A stretch of DNA of 61,654 nt, counting the filler, from Asterionella formosa (lineage: Eukaryota): assembly GCA_002256025.1 (NCBI GenBank). It is 13 parts of 13 records of this genome, joined end to end, with 100 filler letters (N's around TTAATTAATTAA, not from the genome) between each part and the next. Parts side by side here need not be neighbours in the genome. Positions count along the whole stretch, not along the records: positions 23,810 to 28,458 come from NKIB01013423.1; positions 28,559 to 33,204 come from NKIB01013424.1; positions 33,305 to 37,949 come from NKIB01013425.1; 10 more parts are not named here. The stretch is one strand, 5' to 3'. Both the position numbers and the translations under genes were made by a program. Shown piece by piece: positions 23,810 to 35,835 of this stretch (its first letter is position 1; each line of letters begins with the position of its first letter). The notes under the pieces were generated by a model that had not been told where the DNA came from, did not search any database, and worked only from the letters and a program-made list of their open reading frames with translations.

Positions 23810-24503
23810 TGAGGTAGCCCACATAGGCACTAGAATGTAATTATTTAGCTTAGATTATGCTTTTTCTATATTTAATACACTACAGTGTAGTCATTCTGAA
23901 TGGCTGGAGAGCGAATATTGCATAATGTTGTCTCAGCCTTGACCATGACAAAGATAACAAATAACTTAATGAAAATCAGAACGACGCTTTGCTATTTGGT
24001 ATGTACAATAATGACATCATCGACAATACAATCAAAACAATTATGCTAATTACAATGATATTGACAACGAAAATTGAAGATGCTGATGGCACGTTTTTTC
24101 ATGTAAATCAGTGATGCACCATTTTTAAAAATGACATGTTACAAGGAGCTTTGACACTTTTACAGTAATTACTCAACAAATTAGGCTACGACTACGTCGA
24201 TAACAAGAATAAGTGGAGCAACAGATGTTAAATAAGTTTTTTATCTACTGAGAATTGATTGATTACGAATTGGCATGTGAAAGCTGACAAATGTCAAATA
24301 TGCTGTCAAAACTACTACTACCAGTAATACCCTATAGTTAATGTTTGACAGCCCCTTCATGCAGCATACATGTGAGTGCTTAAAGGAGTACAGAACATCA
24401 TTATGAAATAATGCTACACATAGTGATCCACTGTTATTACCAGCATATTGTTAACATAGTACCAGTAGACTAATGCTGGTAAATCTCTTTCCTTCTGTAG
24501 TAA
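23810..24503. repeat. Dispersed repeat family, copy 1 (about 700 bp)
   Basis: Collinear similarity with 54640-55350 (ctatttggta, gacaacgaaaattgaag, ctacgactac, aaataagtt..ttatc.actga, catgca.catacatgtga, ctttccttct). A short related piece lies at 44418-44466. Confidence 0.8.
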
Positions 24504-24653
24504 AAAAATACATATCTATTTTCTAGTACAGTATCTGCCAGCTAGAATCTAGAGTACGGTATAGTCCCAGGTACCTGCAACTTGCGGTAATTTTGATATC
24601 GGATAAAGATAGCTAAACGTTTAGTTTCAGCAAAATTACTGCAACTTGCCTGT

Positions 24654-24853
24654 TACCTGGTACCAGGTGCCAGGGTACCGGTACCAGGTAGCATTGTCCA
24701 AACCATGTAGGTACCTGTACTGATTGTACCAGTCAACGAGGTACCTACTACCTCAGGAACATTGGTATGGTACCTGGTACCTGGTACCTGGTACTCCGGT
24801 GAGGGGGGTACATGATATATCCAGTAGGTATCGAGTTACAAGGTAGACCGGTA
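24654..24853. promoter_or_regulatory. GGTACC/CCWGG palindrome-rich tract (representative of about 12 in the window)
   Basis: Overlapping (T)ACCTGGTACCAGGT(A) units 50-250 bp upstream of ATG 24906. Similar tracts at about 125-153, 14533-14609, 23312-23326, 27002-27028, 32211-32330, 35560-35700, 38695-38738, 39285-39307, 40041-40113, 42904-42960 and 53068-53320. The regulatory role is inferred only. Confidence 0.5.
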
Positions 24854-24905
24854 CTTCATTCGTCAAATAACACACAATCACAGCAGATCAGTTCTAATCA
24901 AGCTG

Positions 24906-25916
24906 ATGCTGGGCCTCAGCAATCGTGCCTCTCTACCGAACAATGCTGCCATGATGCTTGATTTCCTATCTCAAATACTTAAGAAGCATCGCCACAGAAT
25001 AGGGGTGGGGTATTTTCTTTGTGGCGTATGCATCGGAGTTGCTCTCTCCTGGCTCGTCTATTTTTCATCGGTCGGTTCTGATTGCAGCACAACCAGCCCT
25101 GCTGGTCCAGGCTGGTCGCTGATTCATGTTTTTATCGGAAACTCAAGTCACATTCAACACAACTCCTGGATTGAGAATCGGTACTTTTCTGCCGTAAGAT
25201 GGTTTTCTCAGGCTCGTCAAGATGAAGTCGTTGCTGCGCTCCTCAAGTACAAGAAGGGAGGATACTTTATCGACTTGGCAGCCAATGATCCCATTAAAAT
25301 ATCAAACTCATATGCTCTAGAAACATATTATCAGTGGACGGGATTGTGTATGGAACCCAATCCTGCTTATTGGGCTGGATTGGCCTATCGCAAATGTCAT
25401 GTCGTTGCTGCCGTAGTGGGGGACCGAGATATGACAGAAGTTTGGTTCAAATTTCCAAATGCCAAGGGACCCATGGGTGGTATTGTGGGATTTGACAATA
25501 AAGTCAAGACGGGGGAGGATCGAATAGTTTATACAGCAACTTTGAAGAATGTTCTACAAACATTTAATACTCCTGTGGTTATTGACTACTTGTCATTGGA
25601 TATAGAAGGAGCTGAAGACTTTGTCATGAAGAGTTTCCCCTTTCAGCAGTATCAATTCAAAATTATCACATTGGAGCGACCATCGGAAGAAATGAAAGAA
25701 CGGCTCACTAAGTATGGCTATAAATTGTGGAAGTATATCAAGCTAAGCAAAACGATGGAGTCGCTGTGGTATCACAAGTCTGTGGAGAATCAATTGGACT
25801 TCGCGACTGCAGAGAAGATTGATACAACATGTGTCTATAGAGAATCATATTCGGAGTCTCATCCCAATTGCCAGCTGAAGGGGCCTTTACCAGAGTCGGT
25901 AACGAGTATTAAGTAG
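24906..25916 (+). CDS. FkbM-family (Methyltransf_21, Star-like) methyltransferase with N-terminal TM anchor
   Basis: SQARQDEVV, GGYFIDLAAND, SNSYALE, WTGLCMEPN, IDYLSLDIEGAE and FKIITLER. Confidence 0.9.
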   Translation: MLGLSNRASLPNNAAMMLDFLSQILKKHRHRIGVGYFLCGVCIGVALSWLVYFSSVGSDCSTTSPAGPGWSLIHVFIGNSSHIQHNSWIENRYFSAVRWFSQARQDEVVAALLKYKKGGYFIDLAANDPIKISNSYALETYYQWTGLCMEPNPAYWAGLAYRKCHVVAAVVGDRDMTEVWFKFPNAKGPMGGIVGFDNKVKTGEDRIVYTATLKNVLQTFNTPVVIDYLSLDIEGAEDFVMKSFPFQQYQFKIITLERPSEEMKERLTKYGYKLWKYIKLSKTMESLWYHKSVENQLDFATAEKIDTTCVYRESYSESHPNCQLKGPLPESVTSIK

Positions 25917-26551
25917 CTAATGGTTCACGTCTTTGTTACTTTTCTAGCTGAAGTGATTGCCGAAGGCAGAGACGAGGTAGCCTTTACAGGGTGCCTAGGA
26001 TGACACACTCAGTAGTCATTCTGTCTTGGTTGATTTTCTTCGCATTCAACCATTTGGGATTTCTGCATGACCTATGATCAACTTTTCATTGATAATTATT
26101 GCTGTCCCTTTATCATGCCACACTACAAACGAAGTAAGACTGTGCATATCATGAAAATTAGATTCACTGAATCGATGCTCTGATTCGTTGCGCAAACTAG
26201 ACTGCTCCTTAGGACCAAAAGGCGGTAGAATTAATGTGTTGTAGATTTGGTAAAAGATAAGTTCTTCCGCTCATTTAGATTTCTCACGTCATTCACCTCT
26301 TTTTGTGTAGCAACATGAAAGGTCCCTGGAAGTAAGCTTTTCAATATGGTTGGTGGATCTATAGCTCCCAATCTTCAATATAGTGCGACGCCACCAATTA
26401 TTCATTAGTAGACTACTTAGTTACCGCTGAAATATGAAATATAACAATCAATTGTGTAACTGGGAATTTATGGATATATATATGCAGCTACACAGTCATT
26501 ATAAAATCGGCTGTTAGAACGTCGTTCCAACACCCCTCCACATTTGTATAT

Positions 26552-26833
26552 TCAAATAAGTTGTTCCAAATAGTAATGATTATCATATGCAAAGGGCAAG
26601 TACGCTCCATCAGGTGCATTGACCCATTGGGTTGTATTTGCTTGTTTGACATGTGTGACATTTAACCATTTATCACCCCTGTATTCCACAATAGTTCCTT
26701 TGAGTTCAGCTCCATCTCGTGGCCAATCATTATTCGATGCCACATGTGATGATTTGTCAGGAGAGGACCGCCAAAACATTCCAGTACATCCAGGTCGAGA
26801 TTTTTTTAACACGTAAGTAGCAGTAGACGACAT
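26552..26833 (-). CDS. Small uncharacterised protein (93 aa)
   Basis: ATG at 26833. Compact Trp/Gly-rich globular-looking sequence (GMFWRSSP, DWPRDGAELKG, APDGAYLPF), an A/C-rich leader and a GGTACC tract upstream. Confidence 0.7.
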   Translation of the reverse strand: MSSTATYVLKKSRPGCTGMFWRSSPDKSSHVASNNDWPRDGAELKGTIVEYRGDKWLNVTHVKQANTTQWVNAPDGAYLPFAYDNHYYLEQLI

Positions 26834-28558
26834 GTTGTTCTTCTCTTTGCTCAATGGGGGAACGACTCGTTTGTTCGTTTGTTCGTTCGTTTGTTAATAT
26901 ATAGTCTACTCTTTTGGGTGTTGCTTTTTGTGATTGCTTTTTAGAAAGGCGGAGATAATGTTTTTCATGTGCTTATTTATTTCGTGCATCAATGATAAAA
27001 AGTACCACAGTACCAAGGTGAGGGTACCAATAGTAACAATGCCTGGGCTGAGTCTGCCGATACCCGGAGTTGACTCGCACATACCGGCATGATTCCCGCA
27101 GCAATAGATCTACCGGTATACATATGCCTGTAAATGTATAATCTAGCCCAAAAGCAATTGAATCTTCTCATTTCCGAAAGTAGCCCAGGCATGATTTTTT
27201 GAGTCATGTACCAGTATTATTTGTTGTCACAAACACCAATCAATCATTCAGGACATCAAAGTTGCAATGAGCCGAACAAGAGTGAATTTGAACTTGATAA
27301 AGCTATTATTATATGCATTACCTGTGGAATTGTCAATTGATATCTGTATTCACGAAATTTAATTGTCATGTTTAGAAAACAGAAATATTTAGGAAAATTA
27401 TTCCTGGTACTCCAGTCAAATTCTTTTCTACTCCATCGAAACTTATTACTGGCAGGCAGCCTGAGTATATCAAGGTGTGTTAATAAGCCCAACACGGTTC
27501 CCAAACCTTCCTGTAGTCATTATTGTTTACCACTAGCTTCACCACTATTTGTTGCCGCTATTGACCTTCTCTCTTAATTCTCGCTGTTTACTACATATAG
27601 AATGAGACAATATTTCAATCTTGTTCCTTGTTGCATGCTGCTTTGTGGCCAAGTCCAAATCAAGAATCTGTTTGCCAGTGTTCCTGACAGCAGGAACCCC
27701 CTCTCGCTATTGATGTCAAGTCTTGGTCTCTCTTCGACTCGACTCATTAGAGTAGAATACAATTCACAGTCGTCCACCCATTATGACAGCCTCCAATTCT
27801 GTAGTCGTACTTGATGATGCTGCTATACAAGAGCATTTGATTCATCAAATTCTGCTATACACGTCATAGGATCATGTTTAGTGAATTATATGGAACAACA
27901 ATATTATAAGTATGATGGTATGATCACACGTAAAGTTTAAATGAGTATGAGAGCATGATCGATCATACTTTTAAAATTATAATTTGCAGACGTTGTTTTA
28001 GAATAAAGTGCAGATAACATTTATTTTATATGAAGGATTTTTTCAAAGTAGACCCAAATAATGCAGGTAATATGAAATGAATGTTTTACACAAATGTTAC
28101 TAGGACAAGGATTTTCACTCAACATGTTGTGTTCAACATCAAAATATCTGTTCCATTGCTTTTCAAGGCCACATAAAATGTGTCTGTATTTTCAAGAAAC
28201 AACGACTGAAAAAACCTGTTTTGCTACTCCAGATTGATGTTCTTGTCAGCTTTGCATATTCCAGTGATTTGGAAGTAACAAAGATACACAGAAGCACCAG
28301 GAGATTCTAATGAATAGAAACAAATTTTTACGTCGGTCAACGATTTCATGAGTTGTTTAATAAATTAATATTGACGTAGCCTAAAGGGCCACAACTACTG
28401 TGTATACTAAATTTCTTCTACACTTTGTAACGTTTTGATCCACAAACACCTTATTTGGNNNNNNNNNNNNNNNNNNNNNNNNNNNNNNNNNNNNNNNNNN
28501 NNTTAATTAATTAANNNNNNNNNNNNNNNNNNNNNNNNNNNNNNNNNNNNNNNNNNNN

Positions 28559-31500
28559 CTGAATATTGTCTGTCAATATTGGATGATTAAGGAAACAGGT
28601 AAGCAAAGGTTCATCATCTAATTCAATTGAAAAAGTAGAAGTGGAAGTTGATGTTGGAGATTTCGGTCCAATATCAATATCATCCCCCACCAAAGACTCA
28701 AGCCTCCCAAGGCGAGAGATGGAATCTGCAATAGCATTGTCAGTCCCTTTCACGTAGTGAAAAGAAGGATGATATTCTTCAATATTAAGTCTCCATTGTA
28801 GAACACGTTGAGTATGTCAAGTATTATAAATAAGATTTCGATGATTAGTATGAACATGTAGAACTGCACCCAATAACATAGAGCGAAATTCTTTGAAAGT
28901 TTCTACCACAGAAAGTAATTCTTTTTCAATAGTAGTATAATTCTTTTGAGCAGCAGATAATTTGCGAGAATAATAAGCAACTGGGAGATCATTTTGCATA
29001 ATGACCGACCCTAATTGATAATCAGAGGCATCAGTAATCTGTAAGCGGTCCAAGAACGTGAGATCGTCTAGGAAACATGTCTCGATATTAAGTAACAGCA
29101 CCGAGAAATGATCGAACTTGTTTAAGATTGGTAGGTGAAGACATATTAATCAATGCTCGGACCTTTTTAGACCAAGGTTTCAGTCCATCAGGAGTTAACC
29201 AATAGCCTAACCAATCTGTCTCTTTGACTGCCCATTCACACTTAGATGGATTAATTGTAAAACCATTTGCCTGTAAACGATGTAAAATAGTGTCCAATAG
29301 ATGATTGTGATCCGAAAAATTCATTGAAAAACAACCCACGTCATCAATATAAATTTCCACATCATCTAAATCAATAAGGATCTGTTCCATAGTTTCTTGT
29401 GCAATGTCAGATGATTGTTTCACCCCCATAGGGAGACGTAAATATTTATATAAACCAAAAGAAGTGGAAATATCGCACAAATTTTGACTCTCCATCTAAT
29501 GCGAAAGTATAGTATTACATAGAAACATCCAATTTGGTGAAAAATACATATCCAGCACGTTTAGTGAGAATAGTTTGTATTCGAGGAGGCAAAGTATATA
29601 TATATTGCGATTGATGACTTTATTGAGTTCACGAAAATCTGATACCCATCGGACACTTCCATCCTTTTTAGGAATAATAGAAGTGGGAGACGCCCATTTA
29701 GAAGCACCACATTTTTGTAGGATTCAAATATCACACAACCGTTGTAATCCGGTTTTGAATAAATGAATATGAGCGACAGGATACGCTCGTTGATGTCGAG
29801 GGATGGCATTTGATAATAATTCCAAATGTACCTGTTTATGAGGATAAACTTTTAATTTTCCATCAAATAATCTTTGATATTTAACCAATATAGTTCGCAA
29901 ACATGACCGTTGCATTGTTGTTAAATACATCTGTTTATTCACCACTGTATCAATATTCACATAATTATATTCAGCAGCTTTAATTTCCAGCGCATATGAA
30001 GATGCCATAATCATAGGTGCATCAAAATATAATAATACATCATGTAAACGTTCTGCATCATCAAAGAATGTGAGAGAATGCATAGGAACAGTTATATCCA
30101 TACAGGACATGGTGTCATTTACGAAATCAATGGTTAAACCAACTTGACAGAGGAAATCACGTCCTAAAATAGCATCAAATGTGCATAGACCATTAAAGAC
30201 TTGACACTTTTGTTGTAAAACACGAGCAGATCGATTAAATTCAGGTAGTATCAGGTCATGTAAAATAACACTGGCATGAGATGAATAAGTACCAGCTATG
30301 GTATGTATTAATTGTGAAGTCTTGCTAGACAAAGAAATACCTTGAGGCATAACTCGTTCATGTATTAAGGATAACGATCCTCCACTTTCAAAGAATACTC
30401 GTAGTATTTTATGCATAGGCATAGCATCCACCAATCGTGCTGGCGCTAAAAGAGACATCGGAATCAAATCAATTGACGTTAATATATCCTTAGAAGTAAA
30501 ACAGGAAACCGGAATTGGGCCTGATATGTATGTGGAACATCATGTCCATCGATACATTTATACATGTCCCGCGTTACAGCAACAGCAGTATTCATAGTGT
30601 ATTCAACCTGTAAATAAACAATATTATCCAGGTGGTGGCTAACGTGAGATATACTCAACGAGTCATTATAAATAGCATCGCTATTATCGCACATACCTCT
30701 GTAATGGCGATCAGCAATCTTTTGTTGTGTAGTAGGGACAAAAGTCACTATCTGACCAGCAGGAGGGTTCGTGACCACTGCAATTTCCTGGGCCTATGTA
30801 TTCTCGGTAGTATCGGCACATGGCATGGTACCCCAACCAGATGGATAAGTATTACGACCCCATGTATTTAACATACGAACATGTGGAGCAGACACAGGGT
30901 TAGCAGTGTCAGTATGGTAGCTTTCCGTAGGATTGCTGTGTGAACCGCCTCCACGACCACCAAAATTTCCTAGTCTACCGAAACTGGAACGGACATGTCA
31001 ATTATGACGACCAGCCATGCGACCTGCTCGACCACCTTGAGTACGAGGGTTCTGAAAACAATTGCCCCAAGTGTGTGAACCTTCAGGATGTACCGGGCAA
31101 GGGCCACGATAATCATGGTACGTACGACTGGCTTGTAGAGCTTGATGACGAACAGTTACCTGACGATCCCATGCGCGACCGGCTGCATTAACAATAGCAC
31201 GCGCTCTTCCATGACCACTTGGAGTAAAATTATCGTTGTAGAATTGACGAGTGACACGCTCATTTTCTTGGCACATCACACGATTGCCTTCAGCAATACG
31301 AAGACGATTTTGCGTGATTGTTTGAAAACTGTTCTTGGGAAGATGCTTGTTTTGATCCGTAAACGATTGTTGACTCTCGAAGTAAGCGAGAACCGAGCGA
31401 ATTGATTGGTCTGAAGTCTTCGCATGATTCAATTCAAACTCTTGTTGCCACTCATTGGGCATAGATCGGATGATGATGATCCGCATATCTTCTTTTGACA

Positions 31501-32208
31501 ATCCGTTTTGATCTTCTGGATGAGGCATTAGCCTGTTCAAAGTCTTAATACGAGCTCCGAAATCCATTACCAACATAGAAAAGGGTTTAGACAAGTACTA
31601 GCATAGCATCTATTGTTGTTGACGTTGAAAACTCTCGTTTGGTAAATGATCATCTAACCACAAAGTCATTGCTTCATTGAAACTATCGTAGGATTGATCT
31701 TCTGGGTGTACTTCCACATTCAACCAATCTGATAAGGCAATGTCAGTCAAACACCTTTTAAAGTAGGAAAAGGTATCTGCAGGGCTAAAGGCACATGTGT
31801 TAGCCATGGTGTCACAAAATTGATTCACTCCGATCAACAATGCTTCCACAGAGCTTCCATCAATTATATCTTGATCAAATGATTCAAACCTTCCACCGGT
31901 TAAAGCAACTCTGAATGTTTTAGTCATGATAGTCAATACATTGTAATCTTTAATCAAAGGAATGACAGGAACCCTTGAATACATTGCCATGTTTTTTTTT
32001 TCTAATTGGACTCTTTTTGAATTCAAAGTGAAGTATCTAACTAGAAGTAGTAGTATTCATTGAATATATGAGCTAATTAATCTTATGTACAGCTTGTTTT
32101 CCCAAGTTGACATCAAAATATACAAACAGGTGTTAGTCGAGTTCTGATATATTTGATATAACCCTAACCCTATATATATATATCTGTATCAATGTGCAGG
32201 ATCGCTCA
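28559..32208 (-). mobile_element. Ty3/gypsy LTR retrotransposon, 5' portion, defective (5' LTR 32029-32208; gag from ATG 31990; protease; RT; RNase H)
   Basis: gag with a CPVHPEGSHTWGNC knuckle, protease-like FESGGSLSLI...DAILGRDFL, RT YLRLPMG and YIDD, RNase [10 protein letters not shown]...YTTIEKELL. Several stops and frameshifts, plus a deletion of roughly 125 bp near 29040 relative to the copy at 40970-42661. Confidence 0.95.
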
Positions 32209-32500
32209 CATGGTACCCTGGTACCAGGTACTTCTCCGTACAAGGTACCAGGTAGTATACCTACCTGGTACCTGGTAATGTTTCGTCGCCTCTCTAACCA
32301 CCTGGTACCAGTACCTGGTACCGTACCCCGTAAGTCCACGACTTGATGTTATTCCAAATTACCCAGTGATGATCATTTTTTATTTTTATCTGAAGAATAA
32401 AACGAAACAACAACAAAAAACGAGTTTGCTTCGGTCCATCACGCGGCAATAAGTTCAATATCTAATTACATCCTTTCGATCTCTGCATTGCGGTTCAGCC

Positions 32501-32890
32501 ATGCCTCATGCCATTTTGAAGAAAACCTTCAAAACGAAGCCAAGTGGATTTTCTGTCGCCAACGAGAAGTTCTTCACATTCTTCGGTTCAGGGGTAACGA
32601 AAGATGTCACAACTGTCATCAACCACCGCTTGGAAAATTCCTTCAAGTATGCACAAGGCGCCAAATTATTGCAATTCAAAGTTGATGCCGCCGGCCACTA
32701 CGAAGCTATCATGAATCATGACTTCCAGAAGTACCATGAAGAGGACGCCGTTGTTGTTATCCTTGATGCTATGGAGGAGTTTGGCTGGGAGTTTCGATTC
32801 CAGTACGACACGGAATCATTTTCTTCACGCGTCGGAGGAAGTTCGGTTTCTCGCAATGAGCAGTTTATTTTTCATAAGGCCAAAAAATAG
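32501..32890 (+). CDS. Uncharacterised 129-aa protein
   Basis: Clean ATG-TAG ORF with host-like codon use. The C-terminal ILDAMEEFGWEF...QFIFHK pattern loosely recalls GFRP/KCTD-H1-like folds (weak). Confidence 0.75.
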   Translation: MPHAILKKTFKTKPSGFSVANEKFFTFFGSGVTKDVTTVINHRLENSFKYAQGAKLLQFKVDAAGHYEAIMNHDFQKYHEEDAVVVILDAMEEFGWEFRFQYDTESFSSRVGGSSVSRNEQFIFHKAKK

Positions 32891-33425
32891 AATACCGTAT
32901 TTTGATGAGTCTAGACAGACAACCTAGTGCAATTTTCTTGTCTGGGAGCTTGTTTCCATGATGTCACATATGAGCGACAGTCCTTGGCATGCAGCAAGAT
33001 TGTGGAACTCTCAAACGAATTACTGGAATGTACTTCTTTGTGGCCAGTGAAAACTAAAATCAAATTTAAAGCACGAGAAGTTAAACTTAGCATGTACTAC
33101 TATTAAGCTACTGATCTTGTCCCTCCAATAGATCGACGGGAGACTTTCCGTTAACATCTTTGTCTGTGTGAGGAACCCCGGCCTTTGTAAGAATCTTGAC
33201 AATTNNNNNNNNNNNNNNNNNNNNNNNNNNNNNNNNNNNNNNNNNNNNTTAATTAATTAANNNNNNNNNNNNNNNNNNNNNNNNNNNNNNNNNNNNNNNN
33301 NNNNCTACCGGTAGCGGTATGTCCGAGAGTCATGCACATTTTACATGAAATGAAATAACGCTATAACTTCATTTGCTACATGAACTGATTGGTGTTGCTG
33401 AGTTGGGACTCCTTGTCCACCGACC

Positions 33426-34190
33426 ATGACGATGCTAGCTTTCTCTCAACATGCCCATCAACTAATTCCATTGGTATTCCTTATAGTACTAGTACTTTTC
33501 GGTTCACTCCAACCCTCTGCTGCCTTTTTGACACCAACCAATACACAGTCATCGACGTTTCATGTCCGACCATTTCCGTTTGACCATGTTACTACTGGTA
33601 CTGTTGCTATTACCATGACAAACATTCCACAACCACTCAATCACCACCAACACCAACATTCCACTACTTCAACTACATTATACTATGGCAAAATTATTGA
33701 TGTTCCTGATGGATTCTTCACTTGTTTATTTCCAATATTAGGATTTGCCATGGCCATTTCGAAACAAATTGCACGATCACGATTGGAAGAACGGGCTTTT
33801 GAATTACGATTGGAGGAAGCACGTATTGCAAAATTACAAAACGATCCAACATTGACACGAAATGAATTGAAACGACAAGAAGCGTCGAGTAGTACTGGTA
33901 GTGCCTATGGCAAAAGTCGTTCTACCACCACAACGACTGTCATGACGAAACCAACCATGACTACTGAACAAGATATTTCTCAATTTGAAACAGACTATGG
34001 GATTGAATATGATCCTTATTATGATGACCCATATACACTAGAGGAATTACCAAATGATGAGACATTTCGGACAGACAAGGTTTATGGTGATCGGATTTAT
34101 GACAATGGTGAAGTTTTTTATTTTGACAAGGAAACAAATGTATATTATCGACAGGGTAGTAAGCCAAGAGTCAAGAATTTTTGGAGTTGA
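33426..34190 (+). CDS. Putative plastid-targeted membrane protein of unknown function
   Basis: Signal peptide ending in SAA-FLTP (ASAFAP-type), Thr/His-rich transit peptide, one TM helix, coiled coil and an acidic Tyr-rich C-terminus (GIEYDPYYDDPY...YGDRIYDNGEVFY). Confidence 0.8.
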   Translation: MTMLAFSQHAHQLIPLVFLIVLVLFGSLQPSAAFLTPTNTQSSTFHVRPFPFDHVTTGTVAITMTNIPQPLNHHQHQHSTTSTTLYYGKIIDVPDGFFTCLFPILGFAMAISKQIARSRLEERAFELRLEEARIAKLQNDPTLTRNELKRQEASSSTGSAYGKSRSTTTTTVMTKPTMTTEQDISQFETDYGIEYDPYYDDPYTLEELPNDETFRTDKVYGDRIYDNGEVFYFDKETNVYYRQGSKPRVKNFWS

Positions 34191-34216
34191 TGAACGAGTT
34201 GGGAAACAGTATTGAT

Positions 34217-34515
34217 GTTGTATGGTTCATTCATCATTATTAGTACATAAAGGCCTTCAACATCATTCATGGTAAAGTATGGCTTTAGGGATAATTATTG
34301 TAAACCCTGAATTATTTTAGACTTTATGGTCAAAACCTTAACCTTAATAATACCAAACACGGTTGTTGTATGGTTCATTCATCATTATTAGTACATAAAG
34401 GCCTTCAACATCATTCATGGTAAAGTATGGCTTTAGGGATAATTATTGTAAACCCTGAATTATTTTAGACTTTATGGTCAATACCTTAACCTTAATAATA
34501 CCAAACACGGTTGTT
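34217..34515. repeat. Tandem duplication, 2 x 148 bp
   Basis: gttgtatggttcattcatc...aataccaaacacggtt at 34217 and 34365, nearly identical. Could be an assembly duplication. Confidence 0.9.
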
Positions 34516-34636
34516 GATGACAATTCAATGTGTATCGAACTTTCACCACACTACAGGTGGTATTCTCAAGACTCGCTCCATCCATACCATGGCTCTCAAC
34601 AAAATATACATGTAATGTATATAAATATAGCAATAC

Positions 34637-35259
34637 TTACTGTGCCAAAATGACATGACTGGTATCATCATTACCATCCAGTTGTGATGATGATGATGTT
34701 GGCATGGATCGAATGATATGATTTGTTGTTGGAACACGTCGTTGAGTCATTAACGATGGAGACTCCACTGATGGTTGTGATGGAGTGGAGTCCAGTAATG
34801 GTTGTTGTTGTGGTTGTGAAAAAACAGCAGCAGCTGATTGTTCCAGGAGTCGTTGCATCATTCGTCTCCACTCCAACAACGAATCATTCCGAAACTGAAT
34901 GGCATTCACGGATTGAATGGGATCAGCAGTTTCATCATACACTGATGGACATTGAAGTTGCAAAATACGTTCCATTAAACATTGTTCCGATTGTTCCTGT
35001 TCTTGTTCTCCTTGATCTTGGATCCATTGCCGCCATAGCGCAATGTATCTCCACGAATTAGGATTGTTCAAGGTCTAGGTAGACGTTGGCAAATAAAAAA
35101 TAGCAGTAGAAATGATGAGAGAGAAAAAATGGGAGGAAGAATGGTGTCAGACGTGGATGCGAGACTATCAGATCCATCATCACATCCTTCGCTCGTTTCA
35201 AGGAAACTCACTTGTCGAGGGGCAAAGATACGGAACAGGGAAAGGAGGCGACTAGTCAT
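34637..35259 (-). CDS. Possible intron-containing gene or gene fragment, uncharacterised
   Basis: ATG at 35259, pyrimidine-rich intron-like stretch near 35100-35140, 144-aa Gln-rich ORF, and a GTAAGT donor at about 34640. The model is uncertain. Confidence 0.35.
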
Positions 35260-35835
35260 GATACTGCAAGGGAACTAAGAATGCAGTGTGTAAACGAAGT
35301 ATCGGAACCAAAAGGAGTCAACAAGAACAATGTTGTGGCTGCAGGTTTGATTACCGGTATTCTTGTAAATCCACAAAGAATTGTTCTTCCTCTCGAGTAG
35401 AGCACCTGGTAGCGGTACATACAGCACGTACGTGTACATCATGTGTATGTATTGTATCAATTCAAGGAAAATGCATACCGCATGGGCAAAATTTAGCTCT
35501 GGTATGTACGGTATCTTAGTTGCATGTATGCAGTCGTTATCCTGTCGTGTTTGCATCAATACCGCACCAGGCACCTGTCGGTACCTTCTTTACTAGATAC
35601 AAAATACTTACCAGTATACCGATAGTACCGTGGTTGTGTATACCGACCGTATAAGCAATTTTGTTCCCCATCATACATACCCGTACTTACTAATGATATA
35701 TAAGGTATGGGCGGGGGGCGGGGGGGGGCGGGGGGGGNNNNNNNNNNTGTCAACCCCCCCCCCAAAAAAAAAACTGATAAAGAACAAATGCGAATCTTTT
35801 CACATGATTGAAATTCAAGTGTTTCGCCGATCCTG

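Noticed and set aside
27400..27860. Possible non-LTR retrotransposon REL-endonuclease relic (RPRLDINSERGF)
   Set aside because: Only one weak motif in broken frames, which is not enough to call.
35708..35772. G-quadruplex-like G-run and C-run in a divergent promoter
   Set aside because: The runs flank a 10-N gap, and homopolymers at gap edges are unreliable.
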